Virus genome (UHGV): UHGV-0210052
DNA: 38,615 nucleotides
Reading direction: 5' to 3' (one strand)
DNA from: a virus
The position numbers and the translations under genes were made by a program. This document shows, one piece after another, positions 36,900 to 38,615 of this stretch (its first letter is position 1; each line of letters starts with the position of its first letter). Below the pieces are notes generated by a model. That model saw only the letters and a program-made list of their open reading frames with translations. It was not told the DNA's origin and did not search any database.

Positions 36900-37807
36900 G
36901 CAATATCGTTGAATTCGTTAAACAGCAGGAGCAGTTATTCTGCGGAGCATTGACTGAACAGACGGTGACATGGGCTAAGGAAAGCCAGTTTGCAATTCAG
37001 TATTTCCAGAAAAACGATTACCTGGCTAAAACGGCACTGGCAAATCCGACCAGCGCACAGAACGCTATCATCAACGTTGCGGCGATCGGCATCACCTTAA
37101 ACCCGGCCAGCAAACTGGCTTATCTAGTTCCGCGCGACGGCATGGTTTGCCTTGATATCAGCTATATGGGATTGCTCCATATTGCAATGGAGTCTGGTGT
37201 TATCTCATGGGGTCAGGCAAAACTTGTTCATGCTAACGATACCTATGAGTCAAACGGGCTTGATAAAGCACCAACCCATAAATACAACGCCTTCGGTGAT
37301 CGTGGTGATATCGTTGGCGTTTACTGCACAGTTAAGACGCCAGCAGGTGATTATCTAACGGAAGAGATGAGTCTGGCTGAAATTGAGGCTGTAAGGAAAA
37401 CAAGCAAGGCGGCATTCAGCGATAAAGGACCATGGGTAAATCACTGGAATGAGATGGCGCGAAAGACGGTCGTAAAGCGTGCAAGCAAGTATTGGCCTAA
37501 GGCATCACGTCTTGATAGTGCTATTCACGTACTAAACGAAGAAGAAGGTGTATGGACTGAACCAGTTATGCCGCACAAATCAGAGGAAGATATCCGCGAA
37601 GATGAACGGAAACGCCAGCAGGAAATTATGGAAAAAGCACAACTTCTTTGTGATGAAATGGCTCAGGCAGAAAACATGGATGATTTGAAGCGATATTTTG
37701 CAGAAGCATATCGCCTGACATCTGGAATGAAATTGCAGCAGAACGTACAAGCCATTTACGCAGAATGCAAAGCGAAACTGGAGGTTGCCAGTGAGCAAAC
37801 TATATGA
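36896..37807 (+). CDS. recT: RecT-family single-strand annealing recombinase, 303 aa
   Basis: GPWVNHWNEMARKTVVKRASKYWP matches the Rac RecT motif GPWVTHWEEMAKKTAIRRLFKYLP as recalled. Confidence 0.85.
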   Translation: MSNIVEFVKQQEQLFCGALTEQTVTWAKESQFAIQYFQKNDYLAKTALANPTSAQNAIINVAAIGITLNPASKLAYLVPRDGMVCLDISYMGLLHIAMESGVISWGQAKLVHANDTYESNGLDKAPTHKYNAFGDRGDIVGVYCTVKTPAGDYLTEEMSLAEIEAVRKTSKAAFSDKGPWVNHWNEMARKTVVKRASKYWPKASRLDSAIHVLNEEEGVWTEPVMPHKSEEDIREDERKRQQEIMEKAQLLCDEMAQAENMDDLKRYFAEAYRLTSGMKLQQNVQAIYAECKAKLEVASEQTI

Positions 37808-38273
37808 AATTGCCAATGAATACGCAAAATTGATGGATTCAGATTTAGAACCAGAGATGATTGCTGACACAATAGAAGGCATGGAAGGAGAGTTTACCGA
37901 TAAAATAGAGCAACTTCTTGCCATTATTAAAAATGAATCTGGTTATGCTGAACGCCTCAAGGACGAGGCAAAGTCACTGAATGAACGAGCAGCAGTAATT
38001 CAAAATAAGATTGATAGCATTATGGCATATATAGCCTCATCGCTTGAAATGGTTGGCAAGAAAAAGATTAGAGCAGGTATTCACCAGGTAACAATCCGCA
38101 AACCGTCAGAAACTGTAGAAATCATCGACTCAAGCGCCCTTCCTCCTGAATACGTTGAGTTTGAAACGACAATTAAAGCCGACAAGTTGGCAATCAAGCA
38201 CCAACTAAAAGCAGGAATAAATATCCCAGGCGCTCAACTCAAGGTTGGGAAACCTTCACTTCTTATCAAATAA
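37791..38273 (+). CDS. Gp157-like protein (Siphovirus Gp157 family), 160 aa
   Basis: GTG 37791 with GGAGG SD; KLYEIANEY ... VEIIDSSALPPEY pattern typical of Gp157-family proteins next to RecT/Sak recombinases. Confidence 0.55.
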   Translation: MSKLYEIANEYAKLMDSDLEPEMIADTIEGMEGEFTDKIEQLLAIIKNESGYAERLKDEAKSLNERAAVIQNKIDSIMAYIASSLEMVGKKKIRAGIHQVTIRKPSETVEIIDSSALPPEYVEFETTIKADKLAIKHQLKAGINIPGAQLKVGKPSLLIK

Positions 38274-38284
38274 CGGTATCGCCT

Positions 38285-38599
38285 ATGAAAAAGACTCCAT
38301 GGGAGAAATGGGAAGTCGATTTCTTGCGCGAAGTGGCGGCGACAATGCCAGTTGAAGTTATCGCTGAAAAACTGGAAAGGACTGAAAAAGCAGTAATGGC
38401 GAAAGCAACAAGGATTGGAGCTGACATTGTTAGCCGACTTCGTGGAAGACGATGGACAAGAGCCGAAGTATCACTTTTCGGTAAGTTCTCCGCAGAAGAA
38501 ATAGCAATTGCAACCTGCCGCTCAATTTATTCAGTAAGGGCTATGCGATACAAGCTAAAAAAACTCGATGAAGAAAGAGCAGGCATACGAATAAATTAA
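38285..38599 (+). CDS. hypothetical protein, 104 aa
   Basis: Intact ORF; continues the early-left operon toward window end. Confidence 0.45.
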   Translation: MKKTPWEKWEVDFLREVAATMPVEVIAEKLERTEKAVMAKATRIGADIVSRLRGRRWTRAEVSLFGKFSAEEIAIATCRSIYSVRAMRYKLKKLDEERAGIRIN

Positions 38600-38615
38600 C
38601 ATGGAATAATTAACA

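Noticed and set aside
1-38615. Integrated prophage with host flanks, IS elements or rRNA genes
   Set aside because: No host-like genes, transposase ORFs or rRNA-like sequence seen; the att region is in the contiguous attP configuration.

Overview
This 38.6 kb window reads as a complete, circularly permuted genome of a temperate lambdoid phage of Enterobacteriaceae, with a P22-like virion gene set and lambda-like control genes. It is not an integrated prophage: the excisionase, attachment core and integrase are contiguous with phage DNA on both sides. The + strand carries the early-left operon: cI, a cI-linked membrane protein, OL/PL, nutL, a P22-type N, cIII, RecT, a Gp157-like protein, ea genes (wrapping from the window end to base 1), then a TorI-like excisionase, an argW-type attP core, an IntS-like integrase and an AT-rich acyltransferase. 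The - strand carries cro, cII, O-like initiator with iterons, DnaB-like helicase, a lambda-like nin region (NinB, Dam methylase, NinE, NinF, antirepressor, YbcO-like, RusA, NinH), Q, PR'/tR', lambda-type S-R-Rz/Rz1, Rha, terminase, portal, scaffold, coat, tail and ejection proteins, and the tailspike. An Mnt-like repressor sits alone between the ejection protein gene and the tailspike. All protein identifications are from motifs and recalled homologs, with no database search; ORF starts were re-chosen where Shine-Dalgarno sequences or terminators argued against the six-frame track. No CRISPR array, IS element, rRNA or canonical tRNA gene was found. The most likely places for undescribed biology are the split argW-derived att region around torI, the membrane protein co-transcribed with cI, the AT-rich cassette after N, and a tRNA-like element in the late leader.
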